Shown here in pieces: positions 43,877-57,300 of a DNA stretch of 64,000 nt. Position 1 is the first letter of the stretch; every line of letters starts with the position of its first letter. The translations under genes and the position numbers were made by a program. The DNA comes from Eledone cirrhosa (lineage: Eukaryota): NCBI GenBank assembly GCA_964016885.1, contig OZ024745.1, positions 12,028,001 to 12,092,000 of the forward strand. The letters are read 5' to 3'. The notes under the pieces are model-generated. The model was not told the origin of the DNA and searched no databases. It saw only the letters and a program-made list of their open reading frames with translations.

Positions 43877-44315
43877 CCAGTGGGTGTAACTAGGAGTTAC
43901 TGCAGGTTCACCCGGGTGAGCACTCGATGTTTAGGTTCACTTCTGTGATGATGTGTAGAGCTATACAGAGTGTAATATATAGAAAGGATAAAAGGACGAT
44001 TGATTATTCCTTCATTGCATTTATTGATAGGTGACGCGCGTTTCGCCACTGATCAGCTCAAGGTTCGATCTATATCGATCTTACCCGACTCAATAATCCG
44101 CAGCTCGACGGACCTTCCTGAAATGCTATAAGAAAACGTTATAAGAAAATGTATTTCGTTTTCTCATAGCATTTCAGGAAGGTCCGTCGAGCTGCGGATT
44201 ATTGAGTCGGGTAAGATCGATATAGATCGAACCTTGAGCTGATCAGTGGTGAAACGCGCGTCACCTATCAATAAATGCAATGAAGGAATAATCAATCGTC
44301 CTTTTATTCTTTCTA
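43877..44315. mobile_element. Fold-back element family J with GAAACGCGCGTC half-hammerhead
   Basis: Arms ~43980-44138 and ~44157-44315; GAAAcgcgcgTC at 44251-44262 then AATAAA at 44270; single-arm relative at 51690-51808. Confidence 0.85.
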
Positions 44316-44317
44316 TC

Positions 44318-44384
<67 letters not shown>

Positions 44385-44424
44385 ACACGGGTGTGTATGA
44401 TTATGTATAGAAGATTATATTAAT

Positions 44425-44611
44425 TGTCTCTACTTTAGGCACAAGGCCAGCAAATTCACCAGTGCATTACTGGTACTTTATTTTATCGACCCCGTAAGGA
44501 TGAAAGGCAAAGTCAACCTCGGCGGGATTTGAACTCAGATCGTAAAGGGACGTAACTATGCTGGAAAGCATGGCGTCCGACCCTCTACTGATACTGCCAA
44601 TCCACCGCCCT
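44425..44611 (-). mobile_element. Full-length SINE family 1 with 17-bp TSD
   Basis: TSD tagaagattatattaat at 44408-44424 and 44612-44628. Confidence 0.95.
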
Positions 44612-44624
44612 TAGAAGATTATAT

Positions 44625-45015
44625 TAATAAAAGGAATTCCAACTTTGTCTGATTTACTCATTTTATTTACAATCCTTTAAAATTTATAATAGTATTAGAA
44701 TGAAATAGTATAGTATGTTAGAATATTAAATGTTAAGTGTTAATTGAACAAGTACTTTCACGCTTTCGCAATCTTCAGGTTCATATTTTGTGGTGACAGT
44801 CAAGTTTGCAATTTTCAACTGTTGAAAATTGCAAACTTGACTGTCACCACAGAATATGAACCTGAAGATTGCGAAAGCGTGAAAGTACTTGTTCAATTAA
44901 CACTTAACATTTAATATTCTAACATACTATACTATTTCATTCTAATACTATTATAAATTTTAAAGGATTCTAAATAAAAGGAGTAAATCAGACAAAGTTG
45001 GAATTCCTTTTATTA
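44625..45015. mobile_element. Fold-back element family F, 195-bp arms with 1-nt apex at 44820
   Basis: Near-perfect palindrome ending in (TA)n. Confidence 0.9.
44857..44895 (+). ncRNA. Minimal (39-nt) hammerhead ribozyme, family F (mirror copy minus 44745-44783)
   Basis: tgaac CTGAAGA ttgc-gaaa-gcgt GAAA gtac TT gttca: GNRA-capped stem II, palindromic stem III AGTACT. Confidence 0.82.
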
Positions 45016-45057
45016 TTATATATATATATATGCTGGCCTTGTGCCAAAAGTAGAAAC

Positions 45058-45340
<283 letters not shown>

Positions 45341-45346
45341 CATATA

Positions 45347-45444
45347 CAGGGTATTCCAAAATATTGTATACCCACTTCAACAGCATTCTAATAAATATTG
45401 CCTGTACAGGTAATGAAAGTGTGTATACATTTTTGGGGACACCG
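45347..45444. mobile_element. Tc1/mariner-type MITE
   Basis: Imperfect TIRs cagggtattccaaaatattgtatac / gtatacatttttggggacaccg flanked by TA. Confidence 0.6.
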
Positions 45445-45547
45445 TATATATATATATTGGCGTAATGGTCACTTATATATATGAATTACTGTTGGCTTCT
45501 TGCTCACATTAATTTCTCTATTTTCATTTATATATATATATATATAT

Positions 45548-46342
45548 ATGCTGGCAGAATGGCCCGGCGTTGCTCGGGATTTGCTATAGGGTTCTTATAT
45601 ATTTGATATATATTTATCCTTATCGAACCTCGTGAAATAAATACGTTTGTTTATATTTTGTTATTGTGTATGCAAAAATATCTGTCCATAAATATATAAT
45701 TATATATATATATATATATTAAAATTACAGACTAAAGTTTAAGCAAAGAATCACTGCTTTCACCCTTAACGGGATATTCTACCTAAAAGCAGTATGAAGT
45801 ACATACACTAAGACTAATTGATGTAATCTTTGGCCTTGTTTGTTTATATTTTGTTTTTGTGTGTGCAAAAATATCTGTACACGAATATCTATATTAAAAT
45901 AACATATTAATGTTTAAGCAAAGAATCGCTGCTTTCAACCTTAATGGGATCTTCTGAAACTAAAAAAAATCAATCTGGAAAACAGGAAGACGATACTTTG
46001 GTTCGGGAAGACGTTCCCTGGCATAAGAATATATATACACACACACACAGATCGCGTCATAATGACGTAATGCAGACAGTCAGGCATACAGACAGATATT
46101 ATGAAGGCGCCACGTCATATCTATGTATCTATCTAAAAAGAGAAAGACTAAGAGAAAGAGAAAGAGATCGCTAAATCGCCTAATCCGGTCGCTAGGGCAT
46201 TGAAAATTTGAAATTTTTTTTGCTCAAAACACTTCCGGGGTCATACGAGTTACATGTATAAAGTTTGAAAAAAACCGGTTGGGTACTTCTCGAGTTTTAG
46301 GGAAACAGACACACAGACATCCTCTGTTTTATATATATAGAT
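45548..46342 (+). mobile_element. Non-autonomous Helitron-like (Lep1/HINE-type) element
   Basis: 5' gctggcagaatggcccggcgttgctcggg hairpin; 3' aagtttgaaaaaaaccgg..ttctcgagttt..acagacacacagac..ttttatatatatagat; internal ~190-bp duplication. Confidence 0.65.
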
Positions 46343-46425
46343 ATTACAGTACAACACAATACAATGGGAGGAAACATAGTAGTATCACTGATGATGTTGC
46401 AGATGTGCAATGAAAGAACTTTGAT

Positions 46426-46480
<55 letters not shown>

Positions 46481-46642
46481 CTGTATTTTTAACCGTTGGT
46501 CAATCAATGATAAACATTGATTGCCAAATAAATTAACTATGGAGATATAAAAGATACAGAAGTGAAAACCAACCAAACAGTGAGTGTGTTCTGTTATTAT
46601 TTCTGGCAATATTATTACAACAATATGACCCTCTCCAAGTAT

Positions 46643-46727
<85 letters not shown>

Positions 46728-46749
46728 CATCTGAAACTACTTTGTTTTT

Positions 46750-46784
<35 letters not shown>

Positions 46785-46789
<5 letters not shown>

Positions 46790-48154
46790 AAAAGCGAAGT
46801 AGTTTCAGATGTTCAAGTCCTTTAATAATAATGCTGTGATATATATTTCAGTGACGACACTGGCCACACTGTTCTGTGTGCGAGTGTCGTGTCATCATCA
46901 GACAGCATGTTACATAATAAGGTTATGTTTCCGAGGCAATCCAAATTGGATCGACAAGGGAATGGATGAATTGCGTGTTCTTGGGTTTTTCATCCGCTCC
47001 CTTGTGAGTACCAATTCACCACCACCGGCCTGCGCAAGCGCATGTCCGAAGGAAGTTGACCATTCTCCATCGCAGACTTCAACGAAATTTGCTTAGTCAG
47101 TCACCCTGTCATCCAAACAATGGCCCACCAATGCCTGTACCATATTTTACTGCTACCCATCACGGCTGTGGGAGTCAGCCGAGAGCCAGAGGGGATGGGA
47201 GAGTGTTAGTTTTTACAGGTCATAATACTACCCCTCACAAAGCGTTGACGGTACGACTGACTATCACCTTATTTGGGAAAATAAACTTATTCTAGGTATC
47301 ATGGTTTTACGTTGGAAGTTAAGAGTGAGAGTTGGAAATAAAAATTAAATATCAGAAATTATAAATTAAACAATTAAGAAATTAACAATTAGAAATTAAA
47401 GAATTAAAAAGAGAATTAAAAAAATTCTTTTCAGGTGCTAATTCGGATTAAGGTGAGTAAAAATATAGACTGAAGTGAGTAAATAATATGGAGAGAGGTG
47501 TTTAAGTAATATGTTCTGAGAGGGATTCTAGTGTCACAGTTACTTTATCCACATATTGAACGACGGTGTCGTACATTATAACTACAGGGCTCCAGGCATT
47601 AGTGAATCTGGTACACAGTCCTAATTTCCATCACATGGAACAAAATCAAAGAAAAACAGACATAAAGTACACAGAAGAAAAGTTCCAACTCTCACTCTTA
47701 ACTTCCAACGTAAAACCATGATACCTAGAATAAGTTTATTTTCCCAAATAAGGTGATAGTCAGTCGTACCGTCAACGCTTTGTGAGGGGTAGTATTATGA
47801 CCTGTAAAAACTAACACTCTCCCATCCCCTCTGGCTCTCGGCTGACTCCCACAGCCGTGATGGGTAGCAGTAAAATATGGTACAGGCACGCAATTCATCC
47901 ATTCCCTTGTCGATCCAATTTGGATTGCCTCGGAAACATAACCTTATTATGTAACAAGCTGTCTGATGATGACACGACACTCGCACACAAAACAGTGTGG
48001 CCAGAGTCGTCACTGAAATATATATTACAGCATTATTATTAAATGACTTGAACATCTGAAACTACTTCGCTTTTCCTTATTCGATATTTACTCCGTCACT
48101 CCTATGTGGAAAAAGTACGTTGAGTGCTTGAATTGAATTGCATCAATGTTTACC

Positions 48155-48158
<4 letters not shown>
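46785..48158. mobile_element. Large fold-back element family G in (TA)n
   Basis: Arms 46785-47337 and 47683-48079 (left arm has ~155 bp extra); extra 30-bp terminal copy at 46724-46754. Confidence 0.88.
47958..48031 (+). ncRNA. Hammerhead ribozyme with extended stem II, family G (mirror copy minus 46833-46906)
   Basis: gctgt CTGATGA tgacacgac...gtcgtcact GAAA tatata T(T/C) acagc; palindromic stem III ATATATAT. Confidence 0.8.
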
Positions 48159-48205
<47 letters not shown>

Positions 48206-49127
48206 GGCTCCGTAACTCCCGGGGAAGTGGTGGAGTCGCTGTATTAAAATACGGCGTTTTTAGGACATTTTTCAAACCTGGTGGAAACCATCTCCTCTCC
48301 AAGTCTGAATACAGAAGGATAGAGAGAGTGAAAGAAAGGAAGTGGGAGATATAGAGGAAGAAGAATTGACCCCACTCTTACTGCAATCATATCACATCGA
48401 GCCAATCTTATCCGATATATCGATCATTCTCTCTCGCCCTCAAACCTGACAGTAAATAAATTATTTCCCTAATTAAGCCTTCCTAAAAATATATTGCAGC
48501 CCTCTGCAATTTGTACCATATCGAAGAGGGGGGGGGGCTACCAACATCAACCCACAGGTTCAAACGACCCCCACCACCACAGTGTCCTTTACTCCTCTCA
48601 ATAAAAAAACAAAAATATGACACATTTGTGATGACATCAAGTAAATGAGACACATAAAAACTGCTGTTCCCATAAATAATGTTATCTGTCATCTTATATG
48701 GAAATCAGAAGTACACTGTTCCTATGTAAACAGTAACAGCTAATGCTACCAAATACAAAATGGCGACTCACACGCAATTCTTCTGGAATATTTATACCAT
48801 ATCTCTCATATCAAAAGTCAATCATTAAATATTAACTTTTCTTTCTCTCTCTTTCTTTTCCTTATCTCTTTTTTTTCTCTTCCTCTCTCTAGTTATTATT
48901 CATTATTACTCTTTCTCTCTCAGTTTCTCTCTTTTTCTCTCGGTGTATCTTTTTCTTTTTCTCTCTTTACTTTCTCTTTCTCTCAGTCTCTCTCTCTCCC
49001 TTTCTCTATTTCTCTCTTCCTCTCTCTTTCTCTCTTTTTTCCGCATACATTCTTGTATATTTTAATATATTTCTAACAATAATCATACAGTAGAGGTAAG
49101 CCAAGTCTGTGTTATGGGTTTGATTGC

Positions 49128-49296
49128 CTGATAAACCATAACTTCCTAACGTCATACCTAAGGTATTTGGTTGTTAATAGTGAGGTCAGGTATGAACTCT
49201 GCCGTGAGACATGATAAACCTTCAGTTATATGTCCTAACGTCATACCTAAGGTATTTGGTTGTTTATAATGAGGTCAGGTATCAACTCTACCGTGA
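49128..49296. repeat. ~85-bp tandem duplication
   Basis: tcctaacgtcatacctaaggtatttggttgtt..tgaggtcaggtat..aactct.ccgtga twice. Confidence 0.85.
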
Positions 49297-49367
49297 TGAC
49301 TTCTTGACATTCCAAATGATCTTGGGAAATCTCATTAAGGGGACATTCTGTTTCCTATAATATTGAA

Positions 49368-49610
49368 AGGCGCTAGCCTAGAGGTTAGGATGTTCGGTTC
49401 ACGAACATAAGTGTTCGAGTTCTATCCTTGAACAAGAAGACCCGTTATTTCACGTGGCTCCAGTCGCCACAGCTGGCGTAGTTTGTACCAGTAATTCAAT
49501 GGAGCATAATCGTCACACATTGTGCCACGCTGAATCTTCCTGAGAACTCTGTTAAGGGTGCACGTATCTATGGAATGCTTAACTCTGTGACTTTCTGAAT
49601 ACGGCTGACG
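49368..49610 (+). mobile_element. tRNA-derived SINE family 2, diverged
   Basis: ggcgctagcctagaggttaggatg, gagttctatcc, ttatttcacgtggctccagtc. Confidence 0.65.
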
Positions 49611-49697
49611 AACAAGATGAAATTATCTTGCTTGGGGAAACTCCGAGTACCTAAAATGGTATACGACAGTTTGCCATGTGCTTCATACAATATGTTT

Positions 49698-49779
<82 letters not shown>

Positions 49780-49977
49780 CTACTCTTAAGTACCTCTTTA
49801 AGTCACTGTTTAAACAAAGGCAGATAATTTAGAATTTATTTAGAAAAAGGTTGTTTTTTTTAATTAGAAGGTAACATGTAAATTGATGAGACTATTTAAG
49901 ACCAGTAAAACCATTATTCAAATTAGTACTCAATACCTTAGGAAAATAGAATGCAGATATTATAATAGGCACTCGAA

Positions 49978-50054
<77 letters not shown>

Positions 50055-50055
50055 G

Positions 50056-50296
50056 ATAGACCCCCATAATAATATGCCTTCTGAAACTATATTGCCCAAG
50101 GTACTTGGATAAGTATATTTCATTTTAATCAAAGGGTTCCCCGGGGGCACAATCGCCCGCTGAAAAGTTTTCCTTCGATTTATATGAAATTTAAACCATA
50201 GGTAAATGATAAGATATGGTGCCTATTCACAAAATTTCAGCAAATTTCAATAATATTAAGACACCCTACTGGGGGTTAAACCCCCTATAGTGAAAA
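50056..50296 (-). mobile_element. Inverted partial copy of the adjacent Helitron-like element
   Basis: Reverse complement of 50613-50806 with a ~45-bp insertion. Confidence 0.8.
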
Positions 50297-50307
50297 TTAT
50301 ATATATA

Positions 50308-50874
50308 TACTAGCCGAATTACCCGCGCCTTGCTGCGTTTCACACATTTTTTTGTAAGAAAATGATGATTGATTTTAAATCAGTGATATAATATATAGAG
50401 AAAAAATAGAGGGAAAATTTAAAAAAAGTAGAGGCATTAAGTAATAATTGTGTTGTCATAATTCTAGTGATGTTTCGCCATAGATAAAATGTCTAAATTA
50501 GTCAAATTTTACTATAAAGGAGAGGTGCTTTTTTTGTTGATTTACGTTTAATTAATAGAAAAACTCCGTGATAATAGAGGTTCCAATACTCAAGTTATGG
50601 GCTTCCAAAATGTTCACTATAGGGAGTTTAAACCCCAGTAGGGTGTCTTAATATTATTGAAATTTGCTGAAATTTTGTGAATAAGCATCATATCTTTTCA
50701 GGGGGCGATTGTGCCCCCGGGGAACCCTTTGATTAAAATGAAATATACTTATCCAAGTACCCTGGGCAATATAGTTTCAGAATATATATGCTTATGGGGG
50801 TCTATCTCCAAAACCATAGGAGGAGTTCGTGAACAAACAAACAGACAGGAGCTACAACTTTATATATATAAGAT
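50308..50874 (+). mobile_element. Non-autonomous Helitron-like (Lep1/HINE-type) element, second family
   Basis: 5' actagccgaattacccgcgccttgctgcg; 3' aacaaacaaacagacag..actttatatatataagat. Confidence 0.65.
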
Positions 50875-50890
50875 ATATATATTATATATA

Positions 50891-51089
50891 TAAGGAAGGA
50901 AGTGTAATAAGGAGCCAGGTGGACCATAACGCACCAGAGTACTCAATACTTTGGGTAATAGGAAAATGTCCAAGACCCAGACGGCAGACCTCAATCCGTT
51001 TCGAAGGCTATTTCTGGACGTCCAGAAATTTCTGAGTCCAGAAATAGCCGTCGAAACGGCTTGAGCTCTGCCGTCGGGGTCTTGAACAT

Positions 51090-51093
<4 letters not shown>
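50891..51093. mobile_element. Fold-back element family I, long arm to the left
   Basis: gtcgaaacggcttgagctctgccgtcgggg at 51050-51079, mirrored at 50975-51004. Confidence 0.85.
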
Positions 51094-51185
<92 letters not shown>

Positions 51186-51188
<3 letters not shown>

Positions 51189-51521
51189 AGTCAATAATTT
51201 CAATAATTTTGTTGTTAACTGGAGCTGGATCCAATATTAGTTCTCAATACTAAGGCATGGCGTATAAATTATGTATAAAATGAAGTTTCACATGAATGTT
51301 TTTATTGATTATAATCGATAATTATCGACCAGTCACTTACGTTTTATCAGATGAAATTTTGTTTTGAGGTTGATTAACAGGTCTGCTGAACAAATTAATG
51401 CTGGAGCCGGGCCTTTTACACAAATGTAAAGATTGAGCCAATCATCTGTGAAACGTACGTAACTGGTCGATAATCAATAAAAACATGTATGTGAAACTTT
51501 GTCGTGTTATATTTAATACAA

Positions 51522-51525
<4 letters not shown>
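51186..51525. mobile_element. Diverged fold-back element family H with degenerate hammerhead (51377-51467)
   Basis: Arms ~51282-51354 and ~51442-51499; CTGCTGA at 51383, GAAAcgtacgTA at 51450-51461, AATAAA at 51476. Confidence 0.65.
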
Positions 51526-51566
<41 letters not shown>

Positions 51567-51571
<5 letters not shown>

Positions 51572-51690
51572 AATGTAACGTACTACTGTATATATATATA
51601 TGGAATGTAACGTACTACTGTATATATATATATATGGAATGTAACGTACTACTGTATATATATATATATGGAATGTAACGTACTACTGTA
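51567..51690. repeat. Tandem ggaatgtaacgtactactg-(TA)n unit x4
   Basis: Direct inspection. Confidence 0.9.
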
Positions 51691-51804
51691 GATTCACCAG
51701 AGTCGGGCTAGATCGATACAGATCAAACCTTGAGCTGATAAATAGCGAAACGCGCGTCACTACTCAATAAACGTAATGAAGACATAACAAATCGTCCTTT
51801 TTAT

Positions 51805-51808
<4 letters not shown>
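51690..51808 (+). mobile_element. Family J single arm
   Basis: gagtcggg..agatcgata..accttgagctgat..GAAACGCGCGTCac..aataaa..aatcgtccttttt, ending at (TA)n. Confidence 0.8.
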
Positions 51809-51854
<46 letters not shown>

Positions 51855-52123
51855 TAATACATTAACAGAGAAAACTTTAAGCAATACTCCGACCGACTTC
51901 CCTCTCACTCAACACACATTAGGATATACCTTAGTATAATCCCAATGTATTATTTTATATGAGACATAATTAAATACATCTCTCCTTCCAAAGGATCGTT
52001 TCATTATAAATTTTCTACAAGTTGTGAAAATAATGTCCAGGTTATGTAGAAGCCTACACATAGTCTATAGGAATATATGTAGGTGGGCACTTATAAATCA
52101 TCAGTGGATGCCTAATAATATCG

Positions 52124-52179
<56 letters not shown>

Positions 52180-52404
52180 AATATTTGCTCTTCGGTTCTT
52201 ATATATTTGATATATATTTTCCTTATCGAGCCCTCTCTGGATTTTAGTCTTCAATGTTATTATTATTACTATATATATATATATATATATATATATTCTT
52301 CGTTTTTATATTTGTTTTGCAAGATTCTTCATAATATAGAGAATGGTATGGTCCCGCAACACCTAAAGGAATCGTATGGGGATGGGCGCCATACTGACAT
52401 AGGA

Positions 52405-52675
52405 CATACAGTGTTTCTAGGACATTTTTAGACCTGATGGAGCCCATCTCCACTCCAGGTCTCAATACAGCAGATTTCTTCCAGAGAAGGAGAGAGAGAG
52501 AGAGTGATAGAACAAAAGTGAGAAAGAGGTACAGAGGAAGGATCGACCTCAGTACATGACTGGTATTTTTTTTTTTTTTTTTTCTGTTGACCTCGAATGG
52601 ATGAACGGCAAAGTTTGAACTGAGAGAGCAGAAAGCCGGAACGAATACAGCAAAGCATCTGGCGTTCTGACGAGT
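52405..52675 (-). mobile_element. Diverged SINE family 1 variant with extended tail
   Basis: ctggtattttt..ttgacc, tttgaactgag; tail cccatctccactccaggtctcaatacagcagatttcttc. Confidence 0.6.
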
Positions 52676-52908
52676 ATATACAGTAATGTATAGAAAGTAT
52701 CACTCAGTAAAATATCAAATATATATCAATAAGAAAACCTCTACGTAGCGTCTCTAACTGCTAGAAATAGCAGTGATATTATCCATTACAACTTAGCTTA
52801 TTGTTTAAAATCTGCCAAGTTTAGTTATACAATCAACAGCAAATCTTTTGTACAAACTTCGGAATAAACTGGAAGACCGTCAGAATAACATTCTCCCTCA
52901 TCTCATCC

Positions 52909-53012
<104 letters not shown>

Positions 53013-53018
53013 CATACA

Positions 53019-53054
<36 letters not shown>

Positions 53055-53090
53055 TACATACATACATACATACATACATACATACATACA

Positions 53091-53126
<36 letters not shown>

Positions 53127-53131
53127 CATAT

Positions 53132-53191
<60 letters not shown>

Positions 53192-53224
53192 ATATATATA
53201 TATATGTATGTATGTATGTATATA

Positions 53225-53714
53225 TTGAGACAGATGGCACTAAGGAATACTGGTGGAACCTGAAAATAAAAACTGCCACCAAATTAAAGCACAACCGGCC
53301 TGATATTGTTGTTTGGGACCACACATTGAAAACGTGTTCTGTTGTGGAGATCACCTGCCCACTTGATGTAAACGTTGTCAGAAAAATACAGGAGAAGGAG
53401 GACATCTACGGACCATTGATGAGGAGTTTACAAATCCAGTATCCAAGATACACCTTTAGCTTCGTACCCATCATTATTGGAGCTACGGGTTATATACCAA
53501 CCCGTTTGTACCAAAGTATGACTGAACTTGGATTTGCGGACAAAGAACGCAGCTCCCTAATTCATAGTCAACAAATGGCTGCGATAGCTGGCACCTTCAA
53601 AATTTGCAAAACATTCTTGCGATTCAAGGGATGACAAATTCTTTCCTTGTACAACCTTGCCACCAGGATGGTGGCCGGTCAAAAAAATATACTCGAAATT
53701 AAGAGAAAGAGATA

Positions 53715-53718
<4 letters not shown>
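53225..53718 (+). pseudogene. 3' fragment of an RLE-type (R4/Dong-like) non-LTR retrotransposon in (TA/TACA)n
   Basis: [45 protein letters not shown], stop at 53634, short 3' UTR. Confidence 0.85.
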
Positions 53719-53763
<45 letters not shown>

Positions 53764-53776
53764 CATACATATACGA

Positions 53777-53811
<35 letters not shown>

Positions 53812-54273
53812 AGTATGTATGTATACGTACATACATATATGTATACAGACGTACAGTAGCATGCATATATATATACACATATGCATACAGGTACACATAC
53901 ATATATGCACGCATCAGTTTAGCCGACGTTTATTATAACGCGGGCCGCTTTGTTCGTTTGTTTGTCAACAAAGCGAACAGCCTGAATTTATGCCATACGG
54001 TGTTAAGGCAACCACGTCACCTTTTTGTTCAACACTGACACAGGAACGATGTACTAGTTTCAAGCTTGTTAGCTATCATCAGCACCGTTTACCCATCTGC
54101 CAGATAGTTGAACGTTCGAAAGTATATACTTTCCTTATGAAAATTAACGGCTGAGCAGCCTAATTTGTATATTGAGTGAGTTAAATCGGTCAGGCATACC
54201 GAAAACGATAAGTTGAAAAAAGTAAGTGCCATACTAAGAGTGAGAAATGAAATTTCGTTTTTATTTTTTTCAA

Positions 54274-54337
<64 letters not shown>

Positions 54338-54380
54338 GGATAAACGGCAAAGTTTGAACTGAGAGAGCAGAGAGTTAGAA

Positions 54381-57300
54381 CGTTCTGACGAGTATATACA
54401 GTGTAATGTATAGTTAAACTGTAATGTTCTGACGAGTGTATACAGTGTAATGTATAGTTAAACTGTAATGTTCTGACGAGTATATACAGTGTAATGTATA
54501 GTTAAACTGTAATGTTCTGACGAGTGTATACAGTGTAATGTATAGTTAAACTGTAATGTTCTGACGAGTATATACAGTGTAATGTATAGTTAAACTGTAA
54601 TGTTCTGACGAGTGTATACAGTGTAATGTATCGTTAAACTGTAATGTTCTGACGAGTATATACAGTGTAATGTATAGTTAAACTGTAATGTTCTGACGAG
54701 TGTATACAGTGTAATGTATAGTTAAACTGTAATGTTCTGACGAGTATATACAGTGTAATGTATAGTTAAACTGTAATGTTCTGACGAGTGTATACAGTGT
54801 AATGTATAGTTAAACTGTAATGTTCTGACGAGTATATACAGTGTAATGTATAGTTAAACTGTAATGTTCTGACGAGTGTATACAGTGTAATGTATCGTTA
54901 AACTGTAATGTTCTGACGAGTATATACAGTGTAATGTATAGTTAAACTGTAATGTTCTGACGAGTGTATACAGTGTAATGTATAGTTAAACTGTAATGTT
55001 CTGACGAGTATATACAGTGTAATGTATAGTTAAACTGTAATGTTCTGACGAGTGTATACACTGTAATGTATAGTTAAACTGTAATGTTCTGACGAGTATA
55101 TACAGTGTAATGTATAGTTAAACTGTAATGTTCTGACGAGTGTATACAGTGTAATGTATAGTTAAACTGTAATGTTCTGACGAGTATATACAGTGTAATG
55201 TATAGTTAAACTGTAATGTTCTGACGAGTGTATACAGTGTAATGCATAGTTAAACTGTAATGTTCTGACGAGTATATACAGTGTAATGTATAGTTAAACT
55301 GTAATGTTCTGACGAGTGTATACAGTGTAATGTATAGTTAAACTGTAATGTTCTGACGAGTATATACAGTGTAATGTATAGTTAAACTGTAATGTTCTGA
55401 CGAGTGTATACAGTGTAATGTATAGTTAAACTGTAATGTTCTGACGAGTATATACAGTGTAATGTATAGTTAAACTGTAATGTTCTGACGAGTGTATACA
55501 GTGTAATGTATAGTTAAACTGTAATGTTCTGACGAGTATATACAGTGTAATGTATAGTTAAACTGTAATGTTCTGACCAGTATATACAGTGTAATGTATA
55601 GTTAAACTGTAATGTTCTGACGAGTATATACAGTGTAATGTATAGTTAAACTGTAATGTTCTGACGAGTATATACAGTGTAATGTATAGTTAAACTGTAA
55701 CGTTCTCACGAGTGTATACAGTGTAATGTATAGTTAAACTGTAATGTTCTGACGAGTATATACAGTGTAATGTATAGTTAAACTGTAATGTTCTGACGAG
55801 TGTATACAGTGTAATGTATAGTTAAACTGTAATGTTCTGACGAGTGTATACAGTGTAATGTATAGTTAAACTGTAATGTTCTGACGAGTGTATACAGTGT
55901 AATGTATAGTTAAACTGTAATGTTCTGACGAGTGTATACAGTGTAATGTATAGTTAAACTGTAACGTTCTGACGAGTGTATACAGTGTAATGTATAGTTA
56001 AACTGTAACGTTCTGACGAGTGTATACAGTGTAATGTATAGTTAAACTGTAATGTTCTGACGAGTGTATACAGTGTAATGTATAGTTAAACTGTAATGTT
56101 CTGACGAGTATATACAGTGTAATGTATAGTTAAACTGTAATGTTCTGACGAGTGTATACAGTGTAATGTATAGTTAAACTGTAATGTTCTGACGAGTGTA
56201 TACAGTGTAATGTATAGTTAAACTGTAATGTTCTGACGAGTGTATACAGTGTAATGTATAGTTAAACTGTAACGTTCTGACGAGTGTATACAGTGTAATG
56301 TATAGTTAAACTGTAACGTTCTGACGAGTGTATACAGTGTAATGTATAGTTAAACTGTAATGTTCTGACGAGTGTATACAGTGTAATGTATAGTTAAACT
56401 GTAACGTTCTGACGAGTGTATACAGTGTAATGTATTGTTAAACTGTAATGTTCTGACGAGTATATACAGTGTAATGTATAGTTAAACTGTAACGTTCTGA
56501 CGAGTGTATACAGTGTAATGTATAGTTAAACTGTAATGTTCTGACGAGTATATACAGTGTAATGTATAGTTAAACTGTAACGTTCTCACGAGTGTATACA
56601 GTGTAATGTATAGTTAAACTGTAGTGTTCTGACGAGTGTATACAGTGTAATGTATAGTTAAACTGTAATGTTCTGACGAGTATATACAGTGTAATGTATA
56701 GTTAAACTGTAACGTTCTGACAAGTATATACAGTGTAATGTATAGTTAAACTGTAACGTTCTGACAAGTATATACAGTGTAATGTATAGTTAAACTCTAA
56801 CGTTCTGACAAGTATATACAGTGTAATGTATAGTTAAACTGTAATGTTCTGACGAGTATATACAGTGTAATGTATAGTTAAACTGTAACGTTCTGACGAG
56901 TGTATACAGTGTAATGTATAGTTAAACTGTAATGTTCTGACGAGTTTATACAGTGTAACGTATAGTTAAACTGTAATGTTCTGACGAGTGTATACAGTGT
57001 AATGTATAGTTAAACTGTAATGTTCTGACGAGTAATACAGTGTAATGTATAGTTAAACTGTAATGTTCTGACTAGTATATACAGTGTAATGTATAGTTAA
57101 ACTGTAATGTTCTGACGAGTAATACAGTGTAATGTATAGTTAAACTGTAATGTTCTGACGAGTATATACAGTGTAATGTATAGTTAAACTGTAACGTACT
57201 GACGAGTGTATACAGTGTAATGTATAGTTAAACTGTAACGTTCTGACGAGTATATACAGTGTAATGTATAGTTAAACTGTAATGTTCTGACGAGTGTATA

